Positions 13,563-27,411 of a stretch of 64,000 nt of DNA are shown here, one piece after another. The first letter of the stretch is position 1; every line of letters starts with the position of its first letter. Below the pieces are notes generated by a model. It was not told the origin of the DNA, made no database searches, and was given only the letters and a program-made list of their open reading frames with translations. The translations under genes were made by a program, and so were the position numbers. This DNA is from Batkoa obscura (Eukaryota), in assembly GCA_030770535.1 (NCBI GenBank), contig JASVEC010000017.1, positions 372,001 through 436,000 of the forward strand, given 5' to 3'.

Positions 13563-14521
13563 TAATATTTATATAAACAAATAAAAATACATGTATAATT
13601 TAAATAGTATATTAGCTTCAGTTTTATTTCATTATTGACATTAGACTTGAGTATATAAAAAAGTAATTATGAAATTATTGGTTTAACTTTGATTAAACAT
13701 TATAAAATTTTAATAAAACTATTATAATTAAATTTCTTTAAAATAGTAAAATCAACAATTAAGCCCAAATTTAATAAAGATTTTAAAATGCCCAAAATAA
13801 AAATAAACCAAATTTAGAAGTCGCTAAATCCACTATTTTACAAGTTTATTCTAACTTGAAATTTACCAAGCTAAAGCACCGATTATTTATTAATTTTACT
13901 TGATTTTATGTTTTAAGTTACTATATTTACAACAAATAACAACAGTTGCCCCTATTTAAACTCAAAATTTCGCTTACTTCGATACTATCAGTAGAATGAT
14001 GTCATTATTGTTATGAAATAATTTTATATTTTAGGTATTTTAAATATTAAAAAAGATATCAACCTATAAAGGGGAGATAGTAAAGCTAAACCATTATTAG
14101 ATCTTGCTCTCTACCTTCTTTCAGTTAGTCCTTTCCTCTAAAATTAATGATTTCAGCAACCCACCTGATAAGCTCGCGCTTTCATGAATATAAATAAAAG
14201 GACTATTTGTTATTGATTTATACTAGCAATAGTAATCGTTTGATTTAGATTTTTTTAAAAATCTAGTTTTATTTTCGATGTGATAGTGTATATTTTGAAA
14301 GTGATTGGCCAAATTTATATTTAATTTAATGAGCTTAATCTTACAATTAATGAAAATCCAAGTGATAAACAGTAAGTAAAAATAAAGATTTAATAATGTT
14401 ATAAATAAACTGTAGATCAGTTAAAATGAAAGGAGATAAAAAGTATAAATAATACTAAAATATTAATTAAAAAGAAAGTTTATTTTAAAGTTATTGGCAT
14501 TAAGTTTTGAAAAATTAAAAT

Positions 14522-15399
14522 ATGGAAGATTGTTATAAAATTGTCGTATTAGGTGATGGTGGTGTTGGTAAGGTAAAATTTTAACCATTATTTATAAAGT
14601 TGCTAATATTAATCTTTAACTTCAATTAAACTTAGACCTCACTTACTATTCAGGTATATCAACATATATTTTATGAAAAATTAATACTTATTTTTAATTA
14701 TACTCATAAATACGATAGCTTTGCTTAAATCATTTCGTTGGTAAGCTAATACAAGCTTATAAAGTGATAATAACTAATAATAATATTTATTAATTTTATA
14801 TATCATCATTCATTAATTAGATGTAAATTTGCTTTAATCGTTATTTAATTAAAAATTAAACAAAAATTAATAGACTTATGATCCTACTATCGAAGATTCG
14901 TATAGAAAACAAATTGAACTAGATGGAGAGCCATGTATATTAGAAATTCTTGATACTGCTGGGCAGGAGGAATACACCGCATTAAGAGATCAATGGATTA
15001 GGTTATACAATAACTACTGAATAAATAAATAATTACTGATAATTGAATAGGGATGGGGAAGGATTTGTATTAGTGTATTCAGTAACGATTCGTACCTCTT
15101 TTGAGCGTCTAGAAAAATTCCGTGATCAAGTTACGAGGGTTAAGGATACAGATGACGTACCTATAGTTATAGTAGGGAATAAATGTGATTGCGAGGATTT
15201 GAGAGAAGTTCCCAAAGAAGAAGGGTCAGAAAATGCAGAAAGATTGGGATGTAAATTTATTGAAGCTTCTGCAAAAACTTCTTTAAATGTGGAAGAACCC
15301 TTTTATGAAGTAGCTAGGATGCTTAGAGCCAGAGCTCGTGGAGAAACACTCGAAGATGAAGTACCAGTAAAAAAGAAGGGCAAATGTTTAGTATTGTAA
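14522..15399 (+). CDS. RAS2: Ras GTPase (fungal Ras2/RasB type), 189 aa; exons 14522-14572, 14636-14653, 14719-14740, 14821-14822, 14874-15001, 15051-15399
   Basis: [43 protein letters not shown], polybasic tail and CaaX CLVL; exon lengths sum to 570 nt. Confidence 0.93.
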
Positions 15400-15532
15400 T
15401 TCATGTTTCTATAGTATATGGTCATTTATTATACATTTATTTAAAATAAAAATAAAATAATTGTTTATAAGAGCGAATTTTTTTTAAATATTGATAGTTA
15501 GCTTATTGAAGTTTAGAAAGATAACATTATAT

Positions 15533-15732
15533 GGGGATGTATTTTTGTGTTAAGAATTTTACTATCAATTTTTCCACTTAAATAGCGCTTAAAAAATGGA
15601 AAAAGTGATGAAGCCAAAAAAAAACACCCCCATATGGTGGTGTGTTTTTGTTTGAGAATTTTACTAACAATCTTTCCGCTCAAATAGCGCTTAAAAAATG
15701 GAAAAAGTAATGAAACCAAAAAAAACATCCCC
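15533..15732 (+). mobile_element. Head-to-tail MITE dimer (15533-15631, 15636-15732)
   Basis: Two consensus copies separated by one ATAT and flanked by ATAT. Confidence 0.9.
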
Positions 15733-16208
15733 ATATTTTCAAGTTTAATTTAAAATGAAAAAAGTTTTTGATTTCTAATTATTAAATATAACAGTATATT
15801 ATATAGCTGTTAGCAAATATTGCCTATTATTATTACAAAATCCAAATATTTTATTTTATTTTATTTTATTTTATTTAATATTGAAATTATTTAAGATCCT
15901 TTTTAACGCCTTTAATGGCGGTTTTCAATAAGCAACTATAAAAAAATATTTATTATGATTGATTTAAAGGGTTATTTAAACAAAACACACTAAGCTAATA
16001 TTGAAATATTATCTTTTGGACATCCTAACTAAATTATAACATAAAACAGGTTTTAAATTTAAAAAAGGCATTCTTTTTGTTAGGACTTCATTTTGTATCA
16101 CCAATAAAGCCACCAATTAAACTAATGTTTTTTAGTGAGTTAATCCAGTAGTCATTTAAACTTCCAATTGATAAGTTTAAAATTTAGTTTTTCTTAAAAT
16201 TACAAAGC

Positions 16209-17087
16209 ATGCTGCTAAACTATTTTTTAATATTATATAGTCTATTATTCATCATAGCCGAGACACAGGTAATTATAAAGAGTAATAATTTAGAAACGTG
16301 TTAATTTGATTTTTAAAGTTAGAAACATCAACTAATTCGGGTTGGACCATTAGTTTGTATTTGACAGAAATTAAAAAACAATATGCAAGTATTAAACTAG
16401 ATAAACAAACAAATCAAGATAATAATAAGGAGAAATATTTCACAAGCGTTCAATACAATGAGGAGTTTAATAGGGATTCTGAAATAGATAATGACATCCC
16501 AATTGAAGTTGTTGCACAATCAACACAAGCTAATTATACCTTAGGCTTTAATGTTTTAAAAGTAATAAATTTATTGATTTTATCTTATTTTTATTTATTT
16601 ATTAGTGCCAATCACCTTGTAGTTTTGATTTCGTTATTTACTTAAATAATGAAGGTAAGTGATAGGAGCTATTTTAAATAATGTTATGCTTATTTTTTTA
16701 GGTTATCCACAATCTTTTAACTTTGATCGAATCAGCTCGAATTTTGTACAGGATCAAAATAAAGTAATAGCTTATCTACTTATTATGTTTTAGTAAATTA
16801 AATTTTAGAACCAAGACTTACCACTATCAATTTCACGTTCAGAAGTAAAATTCATACCATTGGGTCCAAGGTAAGTTTAGCTAATATATAAACATAGCTG
16901 AGGTTAATTATTTGTTTTTATAAGCCCAATTCTATTCAATGACTATTATGACGAATTTTTAGCGAGTAAAAAGAAGGAAGAGGGTAGTTCGTTTATAATG
17001 AAATATTGGTATATTATTATACCCGCTTTCTTAATCATGTCCGCGATTGGCGGTGGGGAAGAAAGCGCGGGCGAAAAGAAAGATTGA
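16209..17087 (+). CDS. EMC10: ER membrane protein complex subunit 10-like; exons 16209-16268, 16319-16561, 16606-16654, 16702-16763, 16809-16870, 16925-17087
   Basis: Signal peptide MLLNYFLILYSLLFIIA; five 44-54 nt GT-AG introns keep frame; C-terminal SFIMKYWYIIIPAFLIMSAIGGG matches the EMC10 SF..KYW.YI.P signature. Confidence 0.8.
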
Positions 17088-18570
17088 TTGGGTTGGACTC
17101 ATATCATTATAAATAAATATGAGAGACTATCAAAGTACAGTGGGGTCTTGAAAAGTATTTTTTCTTATTTTTTGTGTACTCAAATTTACTTCTAGTTCAA
17201 CTATTATTTACATTATCATTTACACTCTTTGTTTAAATTGCTTGAATGCCTTGATTTTTTAAGTTTTCTTATAGCAGCTTGAGTGATATTAAATAAAAAC
17301 GTTATCTCACGCAATATGATAAATCCCGACTTCTAATCTGTTTATTGAGTATATTATAGTTACGTTGGGTAAACGTTAAAAAATGATAAAGACAAGAGAT
17401 TGATGGGTTAGTTCTTTAATAAAACATTCCTTTAAATTGCACAATAATTTTCGCTTAAAAAGTAAGTAGACATCTTATTTTTAAAACTAACTTTCTTTTA
17501 ATTGTAGGAATTACTAACTAAATAAATTAACTTTAAAATGGAATGTTAAATGTTAAATATCAACTTACTAATAGTTTAAACTAAAGCAGAATCAAAATTA
17601 AGGTTTTTGATTAATATTTTGTCGATTCTACCTTAACTCTAACATTAATATTAAGGCTGACTCTAGTGCCAACTCTAATGCAACCGTAGCACTAAAACCA
17701 GTCTAGGTGTTAGTGCTTAGCTATTTTTTTTAGTAATCTTTAGCTCATAGTACAGTTCTTCTATATATAAAATTAGCTTAAAATATAACAATTTATATAT
17801 TAGCATGACTTACCTTTCCACTATTGTTATTAATTTTTAATTTGCAACTAACGAACAGTTATATTAAGTTGGCATTGATTACAATTAAAGACCCTAATAA
17901 TATAACTCGTTACAGAAAATTTTAATAGAAAAAACTATAATTATAGTAAATTTAATGGAACTAGCATAGACTTTGCATGAACTTTGATTTGATTTTTTTG
18001 TCAGGAAATTGACCAGCTTTGGAATCACTTAGGCTATGCAATTTAGTTAGAATATTAGTAATTTCAATAGTATAACGTTTTTAATAAAGTAATATACGAA
18101 GCATTACGGAGACATTGCAGAATTTTGATATAAGTTTTTACTTTCTATATTTACCTCTGTTATAGCTATAGTTGTATAAAAGCTAGGGTAAGGGTACTCT
18201 TATTTTATACTATAATAAGGCTTTACCTACAATGAAAATGTATCGCTTTTTGAAGATTTTAAAACATTTACAAGTTCAGATGCTTTTTGTTTAATTGATC
18301 TATAGTGAATGTACATAAATGCAATTTCCTGTTTATCGTAACTATCTGGTTTTAATTTATTTTTATAGTATGTATACCAAGAAATAACTAAATAAGCCTT
18401 AGTATAATTAATACCACTGGAGAGTAACTAAAAAAATAATGCTTACTTTTAAAATCCTTGGAAGGGCGGCAAAGCACCCAAGAGGTTTATTTACAGATTA
18501 AAGAAAAAATAGAAAAAAGTGGTAACTAGGATGGAATGGATAGTAAAAGTAAGACGGATAATAATTAAAT

Positions 18571-18668
18571 GGGGGTGTTTTTTTTGATTTCATCACTTTT
18601 TCGATTTTTCAAGCGCTATTTGAGCGAAAGATTGTTAGTAAAATTCTTGAACAAAAAAGTACATCCCT
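18571..18668 (-). mobile_element. ~98-bp MITE
   Basis: Family consensus. Confidence 0.85.
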
Positions 18669-19169
18669 GTATTAAAATATACGAAAGACATCCAGCTGGG
18701 AGCTGCTTTATCTAATAAGCATTTATTTTTAAAACGTTGATCATTTAACAAAAAATCTGAAGCAAAAGTAAATCCTGAATAGCATTATTGAAAATCTCAG
18801 TTTATATAAACTATTAGGTCGTTCGAAATGTTCCAGTACAACTTCATGTGTATAAAAAATCGTCAATTTTTGGTTGCAATAGTGAATTTTTAACAGTAAA
18901 GTGAAAGTATTTTAGGGCAAATCCTTCAATGGTGCTGCAATCAATAATTAACCTATTTTTTGATATAGATGAATTTGTACTGTAGCACTTTGAATGACCT
19001 TATATAAAAATTGTTTAATGTTTCCTTTTGTTGTTTTATTATGAAAGAGTAAACGCGCTTTTTTTACAGATGTACAAAGTTGTAATAATAATTTAAATAG
19101 CTATTTTACTAAAAGAAGAAAAAAAGAAAAAGTTAAATAATTTTGGTATCATATATATATATATATATA

Positions 19170-19970
19170 TTATTTTGCATTTGTAACATTCACAGCAAAT
19201 GGATCGTTATCTGGATCCCAATCTGGTAAATATTCTAAGACCTTTGAGAATTTTTTAGCCTCATCAATATTTTTAGCTAAAGCTAATATATAAAAAGCCG
19301 CATCTATACCAGCGGTAACTCCAGATGAAGTAATAAACTGACGATGATGGACCCAACGAGCATTCGGTTCCCATTGAACATCCGGATAAAGTGGTGTTAT
19401 CTTTGGATAGAGTAGTTTATTTGTTGTCGCTTTAAACCCATTTATTAAGCCAGTTTTAGCCAATACAAAGGATCCAGTACATACTGTAAACGTAACTTTG
19501 GATTTCGCTATCAACTTTTTATAATTTTCGATAAACTCTGGGTATGCAATTAATTTTTCAGTGCCTTTATGACCTCCAGGCATTATTATTATATCCCAGT
19601 CTTTTTGAATTGCTTGTTTTATACTCAAATTATTGTTAAATGATAGTGTTTGAAAGATTGGTTTGATCGTTGAATTAGAGTGTACTCCTATTGTTTCAAT
19701 TTCAAACTTATCGTTTGCGTCCCCTAACACCTCAAGTGGTCCAACTAAATCTAGCATCACAAAGTCATCAAACAATATTGCACCTACCTTATATTTCGGT
19801 TGACTTGGGAAATAAGGATCAATTATATCTATAATCGAAGTATTATTATACATAGAGAATATATTTTACTCATATTTACTTTTTGAATGACTCCAATCAC
19901 CATTTGAAGTTTCGTCAGAGCAATGTACGATGCATAATAAAGTAAAGAAAATTTTTAATAAATGAATCAT
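19170..19970 (-). CDS. DJ-1/PfpI family protein, isocyanide-hydratase-like, with signal peptide; exons 19970-19880 and 19828-19170 (249 aa)
   Basis: LDLVGP, MPGG, VCTG nucleophile, ATTNK, SSGVTAGID; 51-nt GT-AG intron 19879-19829 removes an in-frame stop and adds MIHLLKIFFTLLCIVHC. Confidence 0.88.
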
Positions 19971-20094
19971 TTTTAAATAAAATAAAATGAAACAAAAACT
20001 TAACATTTATAGTTTTATATTTTCTAATTGATTACTAATCATTTTATTTTTTCTTGCATCTACACCCCCTTATTCACTCGTACTTTCCCGATTT

Positions 20095-20140
20095 GTTCCA
20101 TTTACTCTATTTATTCTATTTGTTCTATTTATTCCATTTA
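20095..20140. repeat. 9-bp minisatellite (TTC(C/T)ATTT(A/G)) x ~5
   Basis: Tandem imperfect 9-mers upstream of the DJ-1 gene. Confidence 0.6.
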
Positions 20141-20868
20141 TCCCAACCCTTCCATTGCTATTTCATTGTTAGATCATTTCTTACCGTATAATCTATTAAA
20201 AATTAATTAAAAAATACATACTTACTAAATAAGTAAATTATAATTGACTTTTGATTATTTAAATTAGCTTGATAAAATGAACCATTTGGATTTATAACTG
20301 CTTTCAGAGATTGCTTTTAAATTTAAACTATATAGCTTTGTTATGAATAAAATTGAAAGCTGGTAAAAAATGACAGCTTGGGTAATATAATGATTTATAG
20401 TGTTAGTATCAGTGTTAGTATCAGCATTTTATTGAATTGATGTATTCATTATTTATTAAAAGTTAGGTACACGCATGGTTCAACTAGATCGAATAATCTA
20501 AAATTTATAAACTGAATAGTTATACAAATAGTAATAAAATGATCGCGACATTGAGAATGGAAGTGTTTACATCGACTGTAAAAGCATTGTTATATATAGT
20601 TAAGAATTAAGTACTTATATAAAAAATACAACATCAATCATAAGTAAATACATTATAATCAATATTTCCTATAATACTTTACTCATCAATAATAATAAAA
20701 AAATATAAATGATGTTTGATATAATGTTTAGTTTTAACCCAGTGACTTGGTTTAGGTTAACAAATATATAAAGAATGCATAGGTACTATCTATCAATTAA
20801 GTTTACTTAAAAAGTTAAAATATGGCTTAAATAAAATTGTAATAATAAGAATAATAATTTATTAAAGT

Positions 20869-21921
20869 TTAATTGTTAAGTACAACTCTGTATCTAACTT
20901 TGCCATCGCGTACTAATTGTATAGCTTCATTACATTTATCCATAGGATATTTTTCAATCCAAGGATAAACTTTATGCTTTGCTGCAAAGCTCAACATTTT
21001 TCGGATTTGATCAGGAGAGCCAATAATGGATCCCCCAATACCAAGATTTTTTTGTAATAAAGTATCAGGATGAAGAGTAATATTTGCTTCTGGATCTGCC
21101 AATAAGATGATTCTACCATCAAAATCCATCCAATTAGCAAAGGCATTCCATTGAGTATCTTTAGCATTACTGGTTACAATAAGATAGTTCAATGTATTTT
21201 TAATCTTAGCAGATTCCCCTTCATTGCCGTGGGCAATGAAATGCTTTGCTCCCATCTTTTTAGCGTCTTCTTCTTTAGAATGCGAATGTGATAAGGCATA
21301 TACTTCACATCCCAAAGCATTAGCAAATTGAATAGCTAAATGGCCTAAACCCCCAATTCCAAGTACACCAACTTTATCACCTGCTTTAAACCCTTGCTGA
21401 ATCATAGGAGTATATACAGTAGCACCAGCACATAACAAAGAAGCTGCATAATCCGAAGGAATACTTTCTGGTATATGAAATACAAAATCTTGTTGAACTC
21501 TAATAGCTTCTGCGTAACCACCATAAGTTTTTGAACCATCAATAAACCTTCTAGAACCATAAGTCAATCCCATTTTTACACAATGGGTTTGGCGCTGACG
21601 TTTACAAGCATAGCAATCCTCACTCATACAGGCGCAACATTGAGCTCCTACCCCTACCCTATCTCCTAACTTAAAGTCTTTTACCTCTGGACCTAATGCT
21701 GTTATTTCTCCTACAATTTCATGACCTACAATGGTAGGGTAATCGGTTGGTCCCCATCCGCTATCTAAAGTATGGATATCTGAACCGCAAACACCACAGT
21801 GAGATATTTTAATCTCAATGTCATTGGGCTGAAGAGGAGCTGGGTCATATGTAAATTTGACTAATTTTTCACCAATTCCATGGCATGCGTAACCACTGAT
21901 TTTATTGAATTTAGTACTCAT
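20869..21921 (-). CDS. Zn-dependent NADP alcohol dehydrogenase (CAD/Adh6-like), 350 aa
   Basis: CGVCGSDIH, GHE, GIGGLG, SHSHSK NADP-type loop, VRYRVVL end; intronless. Confidence 0.93.
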   Translation of the reverse strand: MSTKFNKISGYACHGIGEKLVKFTYDPAPLQPNDIEIKISHCGVCGSDIHTLDSGWGPTDYPTIVGHEIVGEITALGPEVKDFKLGDRVGVGAQCCACMSEDCYACKRQRQTHCVKMGLTYGSRRFIDGSKTYGGYAEAIRVQQDFVFHIPESIPSDYAASLLCAGATVYTPMIQQGFKAGDKVGVLGIGGLGHLAIQFANALGCEVYALSHSHSKEEDAKKMGAKHFIAHGNEGESAKIKNTLNYLIVTSNAKDTQWNAFANWMDFDGRIILLADPEANITLHPDTLLQKNLGIGGSIIGSPDQIRKMLSFAAKHKVYPWIEKYPMDKCNEAIQLVRDGKVRYRVVLNN

Positions 21922-22593
21922 TTTTAGTTTCTAAATATTGCTGTTGCTTCGTTTTACCTTATATACTTTTGTACGCATCTTTTTGAAATGATGTGATAAC
22001 AGTACTCTTCGCTTTTGGAGTTGTTTAAGCTATAACTTAATCATTTTTAGCCTTATGGTTACTTTATTAAAACTAAACGCATAATTATAGAAATCATAGC
22101 TTAGTAATCTAAATAGAGTTTAAACTCGATTTAATTATTAGTTAGTCTATTACTGTTACTTTATCATTTTCTTCCGCTTCTATAGCATTTACAACTTTAG
22201 CGAATTACTATTTTTAAAAATCTATTACAATTCTTATAAATTTACAAGATAAATAAAATAGTAAGTACATGATATTAAGTCATATTATGTGAATTAAAAA
22301 TGCGAAAATCTTTACATCAAATAATTATCTCCTGATCTAATTGTTTATGATTAGATTTTAATTTAAATCTATAATCTATAGTTTTACTTGAGCCTTATTT
22401 AATAGAATAATAGTCATCACAGATTAACACTCAAAAACATCCTACTACTATTACAATAGTAAAATTATGAGCTTAGATTTATTTAAATGAATTCAACATT
22501 TATCTAAATTAGTATTTTTATAATTATAGATCGTTTATATTATTAAAATCATTCAAAGAAATGTTATAAATAGTAAATCATAGATAAATATAT

Positions 22594-22692
22594 GGGGATG
22601 TTCTTTTGTGTTTAAGAATCTTACTAAGAATTTTTCCGCTCAAATAGCGCTTAAAAAATGGAAAAAGTGATGAAGCCAAAAAAAAAACCCTC
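22594..22692 (+). mobile_element. ~98-bp MITE
   Basis: Family consensus; ATAT TSD. Confidence 0.85.
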
Positions 22693-22979
22693 ATATAGTG
22701 TAAATAATATAGGCTTAATATTATAAGTATTTCATAACTTATTTTTAATAAGAATAAAATTAATACCATTTTAAAACTTTTGTTCAGGAAATAAAGGCTT
22801 AAACCCAACTTGTTCTATCTATTTATTAGAAGTATATTTATTAACTATAAGTTTTAATTTTTTTATCCTATAACTTATTTAATTTTAATAAAAAAACCAA
22901 AAGAATTCACATGTAAATTATAATAAAAATAGTTATAAATAAAATAACGAGTTTATTTAAAGACCTGAAATTTAAAAGC

Positions 22980-24600
22980 AAATCTTTGGGCAATAATAAA
23001 AAGTTAAAAACTAATAAGAGTGGGGTACCATTTGCTTGTAGCAAATTAGAAGGATAATATATAAAATGTTTTGTAAATAGGATTGAAAGCACTAGCTTTT
23101 GTTCCAAAATGGAAAAAAGCTACTAATATAAAATCGACTTCCAAATTTAAAAAACTTATCATTTTCATTATCAAAATAAATAGTATTTTCCTTATCATTC
23201 CTATTATTAGAGCTTCATTGAAAAATCTTTCTGGTATAAATTTATTTGCATCTTTAAAATTATCATCATCTCGATGAATGTAAAATAAATCTAAGTTAAT
23301 GTTATAACCTTCAGAAATATGAAAACCATTAACTTTAAACTCTTTTTTATTAATTCTAGCTGGTAGCCTGTGTATAAGAGGATATAACCTTACGGCTTCT
23401 TTAATAATAGCCAATAAATACTTCATTTCTTTAACTTGTTCATCAGTAAGGAGTTGGATTTTGTCAACGTTTTGCAATTGTTATATTCTTTTAATCTCGT
23501 TACTTTGATAACTTCTTTACATGCTTTTTCCTGAATATCTGGATTTCGAGCTAGAAAATGTAAAGTTACTGATAATATAAAAGATGTGGTGTCATGCTCA
23601 ACTAGTATATATATCATTCTATTGTCTCTTATTTCCTTATCATTAAATGAAATCTCATTATTTAAATTAGCTTTTATCATTAAAGTTAAAAAATCATCAT
23701 CGCTATCATAATTATCCATACTATTATTCTTTATGATTGTATTCCTTTTTCTAATTAGAATTTGATTAAAATAGGTTTCAATTAAAGTTAAATTTTCATA
23801 CGAAGTCTCTCTAAATGGATCCTAGGTATTATCAAAGAGTGCAAATATTAAATAAAAGGAGTAAAATGAATCATTAATGACTTGGTTGTATGCTTCTATA
23901 AAATATACTGTTTGATTTTCAACTGAATTAAAATTGATGCTCATAATACCTTTACCTAAAGAATACATAATTATCTTTTGCATATACCTATAAACATCAA
24001 CTGAGGTATTCGTATATTGATTAAAATATTCTATCTTTTTTACAAAATTTAAAATGATAAGGTGTAATAAAATAGAGCTAAACTTTTTTTTAGGTACTCG
24101 TTGTCTAATTTTGTAATATTTTTTCCAGGCGGTACCATTAGAATAGACTACATTTTTACTTATGAACTTTGAAAATAAAATATTTAGAAAATTATCTATG
24201 TGTATTTCTTTAAGGAAGTTACTAGTATCAGTTAATATCATCCTTACTGTTTTTGGGGAATTGATTATGACCTCCCATGCCCCATAATTAAACACAGTTA
24301 TTAGTTTATATTTATTTAAATCTTTTTTTATCAATTTTTCATGCTTCACATCCCTAGGCTCACTTAAAAACATATGAGGATGTATTTTTGTATTTAAGAA
24401 TTTTACTAACAAATTTTCCACTCAAATAGCGCTTAAAAATGGAAAAAGTGATGAAGCCAAAAAAAAAACCCCCATATGTTTCAAACATTCGTAGGTTGAT
24501 TTTGATAGCAAATGACTTAACTTAGCGGGCTTCTTTAGTATAAAAAAGTAGATGAATGAAAATAAACCAAACAAATCGAATGATATTAGATTTAAGAACG
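22980..24600 (-). pseudogene. Cytochrome P450 pseudogene
   Basis: Fragments in several frames: I-helix (V)EHDTT, KEAVRLYP (ExxR), FIPERF; heme motif decayed to FFKFGSRFYIS with no Cys; MITE inserted at 24376-24473; ends approximate. Confidence 0.85.
24376..24473 (+). mobile_element. ~98-bp MITE inside the P450 pseudogene
   Basis: Family consensus; ATAT TSD. Confidence 0.88.
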
Positions 24601-24772
24601 TGTTGAGTTTTTTTGTATTGTAAATTCCCGTCTCTCTTTTTTTAAAATATTAGTATGGATTTAAAATTGTTCAACTATTAATCTCTTTTTTATACTATTT
24701 TTATTGTATATATTATTACTGTTTTATCATTAAAGCTAATTTCAATTTTATGGATCCATATTTAGCTTATAA

Positions 24773-24871
24773 GTAGATGTTTTTTTTGGCTTCATCGCTT
24801 TTTCCATTTTTTAAGCACTATTTGAGCGGAAAGATTGTTAGCAAAATTCCTAAACAAAAAAATACATCCCC
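24773..24871 (-). mobile_element. ~98-bp MITE
   Basis: Family consensus; ATAA TSD. Confidence 0.85.
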
Positions 24872-25422
24872 ATAATAATCTATCATTTTGGTTATCTGTA
24901 ATTTTTGTGTTCATAATCCCAATTGATAGATTTATAGTATATAAATTAAATTACTATACCAAAATGATAAAATAGTTTATTGATTACTATATAAATTAAC
25001 TTTGCTATCGTTATTATTTTTAGTTTTGTCCAATTTCATATTGCTATTCGATCTTTAACTATAAGCTTTGCCTAACTATCAATTTAAATCAGATACCACA
25101 AATGAGGTCTTATATATTTTTATAAAAGGTTTAATATTATGATGTCTTAACTATACTTTAATACATCCATTATTATAGAATAATTGATATAAAGTATGTA
25201 AAAATCATTTATTATATTTATCTTATTTTCCTTTTATATTATTGAGTAAATCAAAGTTTGGTTCTACTTGTATATAACTTTAATGGATAGTGAATTATAA
25301 AACAAGTTTTAGTATACTTAAGAATAAAAAGCTGAGAGCTTTTAAGCAGATAATACACATTATTTAACTTTATTTATTAGTTTAGATACCATATATAAAC
25401 AAAATTTTACAAAGCTAAAAGA

Positions 25423-25918
25423 TGTGAAAGTTGGTACTCAGTGGTAGGAGTTAAAAGTAGTTCTTGGTTGATTAACTTGCCTTGAGTCGAACGGTCTTAG
25501 TTTATGTAACTAAGATAGACTTAAATGAATAAGAATAATACGTAATAAGTTACGAACTATATAAAACAAATAGAATAGAAAATACTATTGTAAAATCTAT
25601 GTAAGATGTTGTCAGAAAGACTTAGTGGCTTTATCAATGGTATGATGTCAGGGATTAATTCAGTTAAAAAGCCTCGAGTTATCATGTTGAGGAATCTCTT
25701 TTATACTCCAACAAGTATGGATATCAGAACGAGAGGATATTATTCTTTGCAATTTGAAGTTAGAAATTCTCGCAGCAAATCAAAATAGGGGACTCTGGAT
25801 TGATTGTACCACATGGATCACGGTCAAATTGATTACAAGACTACAACTAGTTTTGTAACCAAATTAAATGATTATTATCTTATAATTAATCCGAGAGCTG
25901 ATAAACCAATATTTCACA
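25423..25918 (+). mobile_element. TG..CA solo-LTR-like element
   Basis: TGTGAAAG...ATTTCACA ends; homologous to 8 other copies in the window. Confidence 0.7.
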
Positions 25919-25932
25919 ATGGAAAAACATAC

Positions 25933-26866
25933 GGGAATGTATTTTTTTGTTTAATTCTACTAACACATCTTCTGCTCAAATAGCGCTTAAAAAATGGAAA
26001 AAGTAATGAAACCAAAAAAACATCCTCATATATGATTTTTAAAAAGTATGAAAGACAAAGATATAAAAATAATGATAGAAGTGTAAAGTATTAAAAAGTA
26101 TCTACATTTTATTAAATGTAATAATAAACTACACTGTTATCTAGTATCTGATAGATAAAAAAAAGTAATATAATTTCAATTAAAATTATAGAGTCTATAG
26201 AAAATAGAAAAATTAAAAGATCAACCCCAACTTATCCTATAAAAATAACTGAAAATTTAAACTTTTAATATTTATTAAACAAGTAATTTATTAAATAATA
26301 AAAATTAATCACTAAATGTTAATATTACTTAAGCTATTAATAGCTAAGTTAATAAATAATTAAAGAGCAAATAATTGTAATAATAAATAAAAGGTATTCT
26401 TAGATTGTTTGAATTATATAAAAATGGTCAATTATAGTTTTGAAGCTAATTACTCCCTCCTATACAGCTATTTATTAATTTAATAACATATCAATAATAT
26501 AATTTTAACATTAAAATAATTTATTTATTTGATAGCAAATCTGCAATATTGGCTATAAAGCAGTCAACGATAAATATTTCTCAATGAGGTTTTATAAGAA
26601 TATGCGTTTATTTACATACTACAATTTTGATCAATATCAATATATAAGCTATATTAGTAAAAGCCCTGCTAATCTGGGAATTTGTACTAAATTTAATAGA
26701 AATTCTGCCAACTTATGATATAAATTATAATAATATAATGTAAAATTGTGTTGGGTACTTTTGGTCTTTAATAAAGAATTTATTTTTACAGAATTTTAAG
26801 CAAAGTTTTTAATATTTGAAATATTTAAAAATTGGATAAAAGAATGAAACCAATTTGGACATCTCC
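25933..26866 (+). mobile_element. Composite of a MITE (25933-26027) and the decayed 3' arm of the Sola-like element, ending in its TIR
   Basis: 26030-26866 is the reverse complement of ~50893-51715; ends TGAAACCAATTTGGACATCTCC. Confidence 0.8.
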
Positions 26867-27411
26867 ACATCAAATTTAAAACATTTTATATAAAAGTATT
26901 GAAATCCAGGTAAAAATAATCGTTTGATTATTATGGTTTGTAGCCCTATTATTCTGATCTGCTCTGAAATGCTGTATTTGACATTTATCAAAAATGAATT
27001 ATATTGAAAGTTCAAATAAATTGATTAAATGATCAAATATTTACACAGCAGTCAGATAAACCAAGACTAATATACCTACTCTAATACCATAAGGATGAAG
27101 CAATTAAAACTCATATAGACATAGTATGTTATATATTCAATGATATGAAATATTTAGAAATGATCATAAACCTAAACTTACTTTAATAAATCATAAAGCT
27201 TCTGATAACAACCTTTTATTTCATAATAATAATATGAGAGAAAGCACAACTATCTATTCGATATGGGATTGGAGTTTAAATAAGTATGTTAACTTACATT
27301 AAGTATTATCTAAGTTATATTTTTTATACTAGTTTGATTATAATTTGCTTAGAAAGCTCAAATATGACTTAGATAAAAGAGTAGTAATAAGTATAATAGT
27401 TTATTTAGCAT

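Noticed and set aside
25606..25788. ORFs 25606-25788 and 60470-60664
   Set aside because: Inside solo-LTR-like copies; frame not conserved among copies
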